DNA from: a virus
Lineage: Duplodnaviria > Caudoviricetes
Direction: 5' to 3' (one strand)
Length of the DNA: 63,385 nt
IMG/VR virus record: IMGVR_UViG_3300037751_000116
Span: 1 to 63,385 of that record
This document shows, one piece after another, positions 36,974 through 44,665 of the stretch. Each line of letters opens with the position of its first letter. The stretch's first letter is position 1. The notes beneath the pieces are model-generated. The model was not told where the DNA came from and did not search any database. It was given only the letters and a program-made list of their open reading frames with translations. Both the position numbers and the translations under genes were made by a program.

Positions 36974-37555
36974 ATGATTACGAATACCGATGAACGCGCA
37001 AAGGCTATCCATGCCGCCAACGTCTCCGTTGGTTGGTGGGATGAGTGGCCGAACAAGCTCGACCGCCATGACACGGCGATGATGCTGACGGTCACCGAAC
37101 TCGCGGAGGCCGCAGAGGGCGCACGCAAGAGCCTCATGGATGATCACCTACCGCAATACGACATGTTTGCGGTGGAGTTGGCTGACGCATCAATCCGGTT
37201 GCTCGACCTCGCCGGGGCTTACTTTGAACTGGGTATTATGCCTGTCGGCGCTGACCACGGACACCCGTCCTTACAAGCGTATATCAACGCTTATACGGAA
37301 GCCCCGTGGTTAGAGGCTTCTATGCGCAAGCTGCCTAACCCTCTCGCACAGTTATACCAGGTCGTTAAAAGTATAACGGAGTATGACATGGGAGAGGCCG
37401 TCCAGGTTGCCGATGGCTTGGGGATGCTCGCCGTTCTGGCAGAGGTGCACGGGATTGATCTGGACCCGATCATCGACGCGAAGCTAGCCTACAACGCTGA
37501 ACGACTGGATCACAAGCGCGAAAGCCGGGCCGCGAAAGGGGGTAAGAAATGGTGA
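36974..37555 (+). CDS. MazG-like nucleotide pyrophosphohydrolase
   Basis: ELAEAAEGARK, VELADASIRLLDLAG, KLAYNAER. Confidence 0.8.
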   Translation: MITNTDERAKAIHAANVSVGWWDEWPNKLDRHDTAMMLTVTELAEAAEGARKSLMDDHLPQYDMFAVELADASIRLLDLAGAYFELGIMPVGADHGHPSLQAYINAYTEAPWLEASMRKLPNPLAQLYQVVKSITEYDMGEAVQVADGLGMLAVLAEVHGIDLDPIIDAKLAYNAERLDHKRESRAAKGGKKW

Positions 37556-37914
37556 AGTTCGATCTCACCAAACCCGTAGAGCTTGCTAATGGGACACCCG
37601 CCCGGATCATCTGTACTGACCGGAAACATCCTGACGAACCGATCATCGCGTTGATTAGCGATAGTCACGGAAAGGAAACCGTAAAAACATACACAGCCGA
37701 AGGTCATAGCCCCTATCCCGGGTATGACGATCTTGTCAATGTTCGGGAGGAGTTCGCCTACCGTGTCAACATCTACCGTTACAAAGACGGTCGGGTATGG
37801 GCGGGCACCCCGGTACCATCCGGTCGAGCTTTGCCGTTCGAAACCAGTAGCGGAGCCGAATGTATCGCAATTGCATCTTTCACCGTTAAAGAGGGCGATG
37901 GCCTGAAGGAGTGA
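37549..37914 (+). CDS. Hypothetical protein
   Basis: KPVE..NG..ARIICTDR motif. Confidence 0.65.
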   Translation: MVKFDLTKPVELANGTPARIICTDRKHPDEPIIALISDSHGKETVKTYTAEGHSPYPGYDDLVNVREEFAYRVNIYRYKDGRVWAGTPVPSGRALPFETSSGAECIAIASFTVKEGDGLKE

Positions 37915-38318
37915 CGACCATGGAAAATCTACTCGAAATGCTGAACCCCAATACGAGGCTACTGAAACCCGAGATCATGCGCCGTCACAACGCGCTGGTC
38001 GTCGAGAACAAGACCTTGATCGAACAAATGGCCAACCGCAGCCGGGCTATTGACGATCACAAAGCGGTCATAGCGGCCATGAAGAAAGACTACGACGAAC
38101 AGACGGCGCACTTGAACGACCTGACGATCAAGTGCGCCGGGCTGGAACAGGAATGTGCCGCCCTACTCAGGGAACAAAGCAAAGACAGCGTCTATATGGT
38201 GGAAAGCGACGAGCTTTTCAGGCAGCGGGTTGCAGATGCTCGCCGTAGCTCCAGAACTTGGTTCTTCGTATCCATCGCCCTGTCGGCCTTTGCTTTGATC
38301 ATGGTGCTTATACTCTAA
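37911..38318 (+). CDS. Coiled-coil protein with C-terminal TM anchor
   Basis: Heptad pattern; WFFVSIALSAFALIMVLIL. Confidence 0.65.
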   Translation: MTTMENLLEMLNPNTRLLKPEIMRRHNALVVENKTLIEQMANRSRAIDDHKAVIAAMKKDYDEQTAHLNDLTIKCAGLEQECAALLREQSKDSVYMVESDELFRQRVADARRSSRTWFFVSIALSAFALIMVLIL

Positions 38319-38381
38319 TACCTCTTGCACGAGGCGCTGCGGTGGGCTAGCATCGCAGCGCATCAACCGGAGATAAACGAA

Positions 38382-38711
38382 ATGACCTACTACCATAAGT
38401 CTCGTGAACTAGCTCTAGCGGCGGGTCAGCCCTACGAGCAATACTGGACCTCCCGTGCCGAACTCGAACCCGACAACGGTTGGGTTCTTATCCTTCAGCC
38501 CAAGACCACAGAGGTCTTTAATTGGGCGATCCTGCCTATTCTCGAAACCGCTGAGATCGACCTTAGCGGATGCCCCCGGCTCCGCAAGCGGCCACCGGAG
38601 TACCGCGCAGCAACGCCGCCCGAACGTCCCAAGCGCCCCGCCCCGACCTCGGTGGCCGCTGATACCCCGCCGCCTACTTGGCAACCCGGCAACAAACTTC
38701 CTTGGGAGTAA
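38382..38711 (+). CDS. Hypothetical protein
   Basis: RBS ggag; own promoter at ~38325. Confidence 0.65.
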   Translation: MTYYHKSRELALAAGQPYEQYWTSRAELEPDNGWVLILQPKTTEVFNWAILPILETAEIDLSGCPRLRKRPPEYRAATPPERPKRPAPTSVAADTPPPTWQPGNKLPWE

Positions 38712-38713
38712 TA

Positions 38714-39205
38714 ATGGATTACATCGTACTTGAATGCACGCAGACCATGGAGTTTTGTCGATGGGGGCATAAACCCTATGGTCTGTGGGTGCCGGTAGAG
38801 GCGATCAGGCGGACGAAGCGTAGAGGGAATAACTTGGTGGTGGAAATAGTGTATCTAGCCGCCATGCCGGGATACGCTTTTGTTCCCCGATCTAACTGGG
38901 TCGAATGTCGGCGTCACGTTCCGTCTCAGTATAGGGTGTCGGTAATGGAGTACGATTATGTGGGTCGTCCTAAGACTGTCTCTCTGGATGATCTCACCCG
39001 GATGCAAGAGTTTATTCAGGGCGAACGGCTGGAGTCTTTGGCCCTTGAGGACGCCCCGCTCGTTATCGGCGATAAGGTCACCATCATGGTCGCCCCTTTC
39101 GAGGGGATGCGTGGAACAATCCAAAAGATTAGGAATGACAGCGTTCGTCTTTTGGTAGGCACTAAGTACATCAGCCTAAACCCCCGCTTTTTGCAAAAAG
39201 TATAA
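38714..39205 (+). CDS. NusG-family transcription antiterminator (NGN plus KOW)
   Basis: AMPGYAFV (NGN); GDKVTIMVAPFEGMRGTI (KOW); last gene before the late operon. Confidence 0.8.
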   Translation: MDYIVLECTQTMEFCRWGHKPYGLWVPVEAIRRTKRRGNNLVVEIVYLAAMPGYAFVPRSNWVECRRHVPSQYRVSVMEYDYVGRPKTVSLDDLTRMQEFIQGERLESLALEDAPLVIGDKVTIMVAPFEGMRGTIQKIRNDSVRLLVGTKYISLNPRFLQKV

Positions 39206-39330
39206 AGATTACGCTTGCGTGCACCGCGCCTCTATGCCTTGGCTTGGGGGCTTCCCGCCCTCTACGGGCTGGAATGTGGCCTCTCCCACCGAAATGGTGA
39301 CGAGCGGCGACCACGGGAACGGAAAGGCGT

Positions 39331-39849
39331 ATGAACTATCAGCATCTTAAACTACGACGTCAAAAAGGCCGAAAGATATATCTAACGGCTGAAGAGTTCC
39401 TGTCTGACGCAATCGAATACTTTGAGTGGGCACGCGACAACCCGCTAGAAGAAGAAAAACTCTTTGCGCACCAAGGCGAGGTTACTCGTGCCGTAGTCGA
39501 TAAGCCGCGCCCCTTCACCAAGCAAGCGTTGGCCCTATATCTCGGGGTTCCGGTCAGTCGCTTCGACTGCTACAAATCTCGCACAGGTAGTGACTCGGAG
39601 CCATGGCGCGAAGTCATGGAAATAATCGAACAGGTAATCTATACCCAGAAGTTCGAAAACGCAGTCGCGGGTCTCATGAACGCCGGAATTATAACCCGCG
39701 ATCTGGGATTGACCGACAAGCAAGAAATCGGTGGTATAAAAGATGCCCCGCCAGTTGCGTTCAACATCGTACCAATAGCGAGCGGCACTTTCTTGCCGCC
39801 TGAAGAACCTGACGAACCGGCTGTGATGCGGGCTAGTTCGTCAGGCTAG
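39331..39849 (+). CDS. terS: Terminase small subunit (P22 gp3-like)
   Basis: YFEWARDNPL, RPFT, YTQKFE.A..GLMN..II.RDLGL.DK. Confidence 0.85.
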   Translation: MNYQHLKLRRQKGRKIYLTAEEFLSDAIEYFEWARDNPLEEEKLFAHQGEVTRAVVDKPRPFTKQALALYLGVPVSRFDCYKSRTGSDSEPWREVMEIIEQVIYTQKFENAVAGLMNAGIITRDLGLTDKQEIGGIKDAPPVAFNIVPIASGTFLPPEEPDEPAVMRASSSG

Positions 39850-39926
39850 CGGACGGACTCCCCGAAATGTCCCCCAAGGCTAACCCGGGTTGAGACCGTC
39901 CGCGATATAACACCGGGGGATAGAGT

Positions 39927-40157
39927 ATGAGAATAACAGTCCTGTTAATCATCGCCTACGGGCTGAGAATGACGGCGGCTGTTCTGCGCGGGTGGGCTGG
40001 TTCCTTTCATGCTTGCAAATCTGATAGCCCAAGCCCGCCTGCGCGCCCTCCTGAGCCTCTTAAGCTCGATTTGGCTAGCTGCCCCTATTGCGGGGGCTTG
40101 CATAGCCCCCACGGCCGCTGCAATGGCTGCGGCGCACCAGCACTAGGAGTCACCTGA
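39927..40157 (+). CDS. Small protein with hydrophobic N-terminus and CxxC/CxxC ribbon
   Basis: CPYCGG...RCNGCGAP. Confidence 0.55.
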   Translation: MRITVLLIIAYGLRMTAAVLRGWAGSFHACKSDSPSPPARPPEPLKLDLASCPYCGGLHSPHGRCNGCGAPALGVT

Positions 40158-40158
40158 C

Positions 40159-40260
40159 ATGGCCGATCTCACCTGCCGTCCCGGATGCACCGAAAATGAA
40201 CCCGGCGACCTCCCAACCGCCCCGCCGACTGCCGGACCACCGGCGGCTCCGGTCGAGTAA
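40159..40260 (+). CDS. 33-aa Cys peptide (not in ORF track)
   Basis: RBS aggag; MADLTCRPGCTENEPGDLPTAPPTAGPPAAPVE; aligns with 47567-47668. Confidence 0.7.
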   Translation: MADLTCRPGCTENEPGDLPTAPPTAGPPAAPVE

Positions 40261-40294
40261 GGTTTAAATACTTCATACGTGAGGTAATCTGAGC

Positions 40295-40537
40295 ATGACC
40301 TTAGATCAGCTTATATCCGACAACATGGCTACCTTGATCATGGGGTCATTTGGTCTGGTGGCCACCGTGGTCACCATCCGCCTTACCATGCGTCAGGTGG
40401 TCCGTGATGTCGCATCCTTGACCGGCCGTCTCAACAATCACAGCGACCGCATCAAAGACCTTGAGGTCAAACAGGCGGAGCGACTAGGGTACGAGCGAGC
40501 CATGACCGAACTCAAGCAAAGGATTAAGGTGGCGTAA
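40295..40537 (+). CDS. Small membrane protein with coiled coil
   Basis: RBS gaggt; one TM then heptads. Confidence 0.7.
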   Translation: MTLDQLISDNMATLIMGSFGLVATVVTIRLTMRQVVRDVASLTGRLNNHSDRIKDLEVKQAERLGYERAMTELKQRIKVA

Positions 40538-40887
40538 TGTCTCCAGATAACAACCCTTACTCCAACTTCTTTTCGGGTATGCCATCATGGGTCAGAGGGA
40601 TTGTATTAGCGATGTCGGTTGTACCGCTATCGTTTGCCGTCAGCGGGCAGTTCTTGGGGGTCAGAGTTGGGGATTATCTCGACCGCTACGTTGAAATCCA
40701 GTTCGAGCAAATGCAGCGCGTTACCGATAATTCCGCCGACAAGGTAATAGAGGCTGTCAGCGAACAAGTCGGCGAAATTGAGGAACGCTTAGCGGATACC
40801 TCGAACCGCGTCGAAAGACTTGAGGGGTGGGCTTGTTCGGGAGGCAGAACCGGCCGTCCTGACTTTTGTAAGGGAATAAAGCAATGA
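40537..40887 (+). CDS. Membrane protein with coiled coil and C-terminal Cys pair
   Basis: TM segment; WACSGGRTGRPDFC. Confidence 0.7.
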   Translation: MSPDNNPYSNFFSGMPSWVRGIVLAMSVVPLSFAVSGQFLGVRVGDYLDRYVEIQFEQMQRVTDNSADKVIEAVSEQVGEIEERLADTSNRVERLEGWACSGGRTGRPDFCKGIKQ

Positions 40888-41132
40888 CCCCTTTTGATTA
40901 TCGCCCCGAGTCGTCAGAGGACGAGGACTGGGCCGACAATTGGTTGAGCAACAGCCTTGCTTACCTGAGCGACCGTTTCATCCCCAAGTGGTGCCAGAAC
41001 GGCGACCATTGGACCGTGCGGATTACGCTCTATCTGTGGGCCGACTGCGCCTGCTGTCTATTCTTTCGCGGAGTCACCGCGGGGGTTTCGCTTGCGGCCT
41101 CGGTGGCCGCTCTAATCTACCTCGTATCATAA
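40884..41132 (+). CDS. 82-aa membrane protein with CxxCxxxR motif
   Basis: ATGA coupling; WC...WADCACCLFFRG followed by C-terminal TM. Confidence 0.7.
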   Translation: MTPFDYRPESSEDEDWADNWLSNSLAYLSDRFIPKWCQNGDHWTVRITLYLWADCACCLFFRGVTAGVSLAASVAALIYLVS

Positions 41133-41146
41133 TAGGAGTCCCACAA

Positions 41147-41317
41147 ATGGCTTGTGGTTGCGGTAAAAAGGCGGCTCGTCCGTCCATCAACAAAACTACG
41201 GTAGCTCGCGTCGGTTCGACCACCTCACGGGTCGATACTGCCAAGACCTACCAATCGGCTACGATCAAGAGCGCGCCGACCGCCCCGGTATCTGGTACGA
41301 CCCGGAAAACGGTTTAA
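41147..41317 (+). CDS. 56-aa basic peptide with N-terminal MACGCG
   Basis: RBS aggag; start re-placed from ORF 40940. Confidence 0.7.
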   Translation: MACGCGKKAARPSINKTTVARVGSTTSRVDTAKTYQSATIKSAPTAPVSGTTRKTV

Positions 41318-41323
41318 TGATCC

Positions 41324-42553
41324 GTGGACCTGAATATCCCAGAAGTCTACATGCCTCTGTGGCATGGGGGCTATGAACATTACGCATTCTTTGGCGGTCG
41401 CGGCGGGGCGAAATCCCACGGGGTAGGCGAGGCCACCGTTGCGCTGTCATGCCGATCTGAAGAACGGGTCGTTTGCGGACGTCAATATCAGAACTCTATC
41501 AAGGACTCTGTTAAAGAGCTACTTGAAAAGAAAATCTACTCGATGGGTATGGCGGCTTACTTCAAGTCGACAGACCGTGAGTTGATCAACGTAAGCACGG
41601 GTAGCCGGTTCAGTTTCTTGGGTATGGACCGCAACCCGGAAAGCGCTAAATCGTTAGAGGGTGCTACGTTCTTCTGGGGCGAGGAGGCGCAGACCTTTAC
41701 GAGACGCAGCGTCGAGCTTATCGTTCCTACCATCCGGGCCGCTGGTTCGCGGATGGCTTGGACTTGGAACCCTCGGTTTCGTACGGACGAGGTCGACTCG
41801 ATGTTCCGGGGTCCGCACCCGCCTGAAAACTCCTATATCCGTAACGTAAGTTGGCGAGATAATCCTTGGTTCTATCGAACACGGATGCCTAGCGAGTTCC
41901 GGCGCAGCAAGCTCGCCAAGCCTAAACGTCATGCCCATATCTGGGAAGGCGGATACGACGAGAACCCCGACGCGGCGATCTTTGATAACTGGGCCATCGG
42001 ACGGCCTTATGTCATCCCTGATAAGTGCATCCCGCGCTACGGTATGGATTTCGGCTTTGGTTCCGATCCGAACGCGGTCGTCAAGGTCTATGTCATCGAA
42101 CCAGAGGATTTGGGTCTTGACCCTGACTTCTATATCGGTTTCATTTATATAGCCGCTGAGTCGGTTGGTTATAAGGTTGCAAATAAAGACCTGCCCGCCT
42201 TGATGGACGCTGTGCCCGGCATTCGTGAGTGGAATATTACGGCCGACAGCGCCCGACCTGAAACGATCGACTATGTGAACTCAAAAGGGTTCAATGTATT
42301 CGGTTCGATCAAGGGCGCGGGTTCCGTTAAAAACGGTATCAACTTCATGCAGGGGTACCAAATCCTAGTTGATCCTGACTGCCCCGTTACGGCGGAGGAG
42401 ATCAAAAACTATATGTGGAAGTTGGACCCCAACGACAAGCCGCTGCCTATGCCCGCCGAATATCAGCAAGATCACTGTATTGATGGCGTTCGTTACGCTA
42501 TTGAGGATTTGACTCGCGATGACTACCAAGGCGGTGGCGTCGATTACGTATAA
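41324..42553 (+). CDS. terL: Terminase large subunit (PBSX family)
   Basis: GGRGGAKS, GEEA, TWNP, GMDFGF, ADSARP, DHCIDGVRYA. Confidence 0.95.
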   Translation: MDLNIPEVYMPLWHGGYEHYAFFGGRGGAKSHGVGEATVALSCRSEERVVCGRQYQNSIKDSVKELLEKKIYSMGMAAYFKSTDRELINVSTGSRFSFLGMDRNPESAKSLEGATFFWGEEAQTFTRRSVELIVPTIRAAGSRMAWTWNPRFRTDEVDSMFRGPHPPENSYIRNVSWRDNPWFYRTRMPSEFRRSKLAKPKRHAHIWEGGYDENPDAAIFDNWAIGRPYVIPDKCIPRYGMDFGFGSDPNAVVKVYVIEPEDLGLDPDFYIGFIYIAAESVGYKVANKDLPALMDAVPGIREWNITADSARPETIDYVNSKGFNVFGSIKGAGSVKNGINFMQGYQILVDPDCPVTAEEIKNYMWKLDPNDKPLPMPAEYQQDHCIDGVRYAIEDLTRDDYQGGGVDYV

Positions 42554-42565
42554 AGGACACGACCA

Positions 42566-43867
42566 ATGGCGCTTAGTATCTGGCCGTTCCAGAAAGCCGC
42601 CCCAAACAGGGGGTCTGCTGACGGCCCCAAACAACCGGACGTTTTCTACCTTAATAACGGCGTAGGGGTTGCCGTCGTCACGTGGTCTGACAGCATCGCC
42701 GCGCAACAGGCTATGTCGCATCCGATCGTATACCGGGCATTGCATAAGCTCGCCTCGTCGGTGCAACAAGTCAAGTGGTTCGCTGAGATCGACCCGGATA
42801 CAGCAACAGAAGACCAGGCCGGAAAGGTTGCAATTATTCGCAAGCTGAACGCTGTACTCAATTCGCCAAACGATGACATGACCCCGGAAATGCTCCGGTA
42901 CTGGTTGGCGCTCAACTATGCAGTCTACGGACGCGCCCCGCTTCGCGTTACTCATGGCGCGCTTGACCCCACGGTGGCCAATGGTATCTACACTCTGGAA
43001 ACCAAGCAAATGGTCGCGCATTATAACCAGCGCGGTTCTGTCACCAAGTACGATTATGGCATGGGTGAAACCAAAGAGTCATATCCGTCGTTCTTGACGT
43101 GGAAAAACGAACGCCTGACCAAAGGCTTTGCTGATATGATCTGGCGACCCGGCCTGAAGGGGTACCAGCATCGCACCGATTATAATACGCCAATGCACTC
43201 GCTTGGTTTGCCTGCGCAGGTCATTCGTTCCCTCTTGGTCCGGGCAATCAACACGGCTGAGGGTCACCCGAACGTTCGCTACCTCGTCACCTGTTCTAAA
43301 ACTCTTCAAGAGGAACAGAAAAAGGCACTCAAGCGGTACCTGAACGAAGACCACGGACCTGACGGCCCGGAAAGCGGCAAGGTGCCTATTCTTCAGAACG
43401 CCGCCGATGTGGTAATTCACAAGCTCGACAACGATCTGTCGGACATTCACAGTAAGATGCCTTCTGACGACATGGCACGATTGATTTTTGGCGCTTTCGG
43501 TATCCCTATCGCCCTTGCGGGCATGGGGGCAGCGGATGGCGCTAAGTTCGCTGGTAACTTCATCGAAAGTCGCGCTTCGTTCTGGCAGGATACGGTGGTT
43601 CCTGATTATGTGAGTCCGATCTTTAAGGGCTTGACTCGGGTGCTCTGTCCTATCGGGGTTCGGATCAGTCCTGACCTCGACTCCATCCCGGCGATGGTCG
43701 ATGGTCGCGTTAGCTCGATGTCTAAAGCAAGCGCCGTCAACTTCTTGACCACTGACGAAAAGCGCGAATTGTTCGGGTGGGCCGCGACCACCTTGATACC
43801 TCAGGTACAAGGGGCAACCACAACCCCCGCCGCCGCGCCAACCACGGAGAACCCCCCAAATGAATAA
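42566..43867 (+). CDS. Portal protein (HK97 type)
   Basis: Position after terL; LNSPND, IFGAFGIP, LTTDEKRE. Confidence 0.88.
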   Translation: MALSIWPFQKAAPNRGSADGPKQPDVFYLNNGVGVAVVTWSDSIAAQQAMSHPIVYRALHKLASSVQQVKWFAEIDPDTATEDQAGKVAIIRKLNAVLNSPNDDMTPEMLRYWLALNYAVYGRAPLRVTHGALDPTVANGIYTLETKQMVAHYNQRGSVTKYDYGMGETKESYPSFLTWKNERLTKGFADMIWRPGLKGYQHRTDYNTPMHSLGLPAQVIRSLLVRAINTAEGHPNVRYLVTCSKTLQEEQKKALKRYLNEDHGPDGPESGKVPILQNAADVVIHKLDNDLSDIHSKMPSDDMARLIFGAFGIPIALAGMGAADGAKFAGNFIESRASFWQDTVVPDYVSPIFKGLTRVLCPIGVRISPDLDSIPAMVDGRVSSMSKASAVNFLTTDEKRELFGWAATTLIPQVQGATTTPAAAPTTENPPNE

Positions 43868-44639
43868 CCGTATTTTCTTGACAAAGAAAGAACCTGACCT
43901 GACGCAGCGCGAAACGCTCCAGATCAAGTTCACCCCGGCCACTGACGACGAAATCCGCAAGGCGTTGGGCGACGGTACCGATATTCCAGAGGGATACATT
44001 GCGGGTTGGGCTTCAACGCCCGATCTCGACCACTATCGGCACCGCGTTATGCCGGGAGCCTTTGACGACTCGATTGCTGAAAAGGGTCTTACTGGACCCG
44101 CCGGTATCAAGCTGCTAATCCAGCACGACGCGGGCAAGCCCGCCGGTTTGATCGTGGTTCTAGAGAACCGCAACAACCGGCTCTGGATTGAAGCGCAATT
44201 GAACCTGAAAATCGGGTACGTGCGCGACTATTACGAAGCCGCCAAGATGACCGGCGGTATGAACTTCTCGGTCGGGTTCTACCTTCAGGACTATGAGTTC
44301 AAAACCGACAACGACGATGTGGAGTATCTCCAGATCAACCGAGGCGAGCTTGAAGAAGTTTCCGTTGTCACCTTCCCCGGCAACGCACAAGCTCAAATGA
44401 CTTTTATCAAGAGCGCCCCCGAACAGGACGGCGTCTTTGAAACCCTTTCCGACCTGGAAAAAGCGCTGGTCGCCTCCGGTATCGTGAAGAGCCGGAACAT
44501 CTCGGCGATGATCACCTTGACGGTGAAGAAGAACATCAAATTGTTCCAGCCCAAAGAGACGCCCCGGGTGGTGTCTGACGAAACCCTTGATACGATGCAA
44601 AAGAGTATTTCTGAACTCCTTGCTTTGGTCAAGACTTAA
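43860..44639 (+). CDS. HK97-family prohead protease
   Basis: GWAST, PGAF, LLIQHD, FSVGF, EVSVVTFP. Confidence 0.92.
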   Translation: MNNRIFLTKKEPDLTQRETLQIKFTPATDDEIRKALGDGTDIPEGYIAGWASTPDLDHYRHRVMPGAFDDSIAEKGLTGPAGIKLLIQHDAGKPAGLIVVLENRNNRLWIEAQLNLKIGYVRDYYEAAKMTGGMNFSVGFYLQDYEFKTDNDDVEYLQINRGELEEVSVVTFPGNAQAQMTFIKSAPEQDGVFETLSDLEKALVASGIVKSRNISAMITLTVKKNIKLFQPKETPRVVSDETLDTMQKSISELLALVKT

Positions 44640-44665
44640 CGCAGCGCTTAACGGGAGTAATAACC

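Noticed and set aside
39206-39330. tRNA gene in the structured intergenic region
   Set aside because: No T-loop GTTCRA, D-loop or acceptor-stem pattern; no tRNA was recognised anywhere by eye (tRNAscan-SE would confirm).
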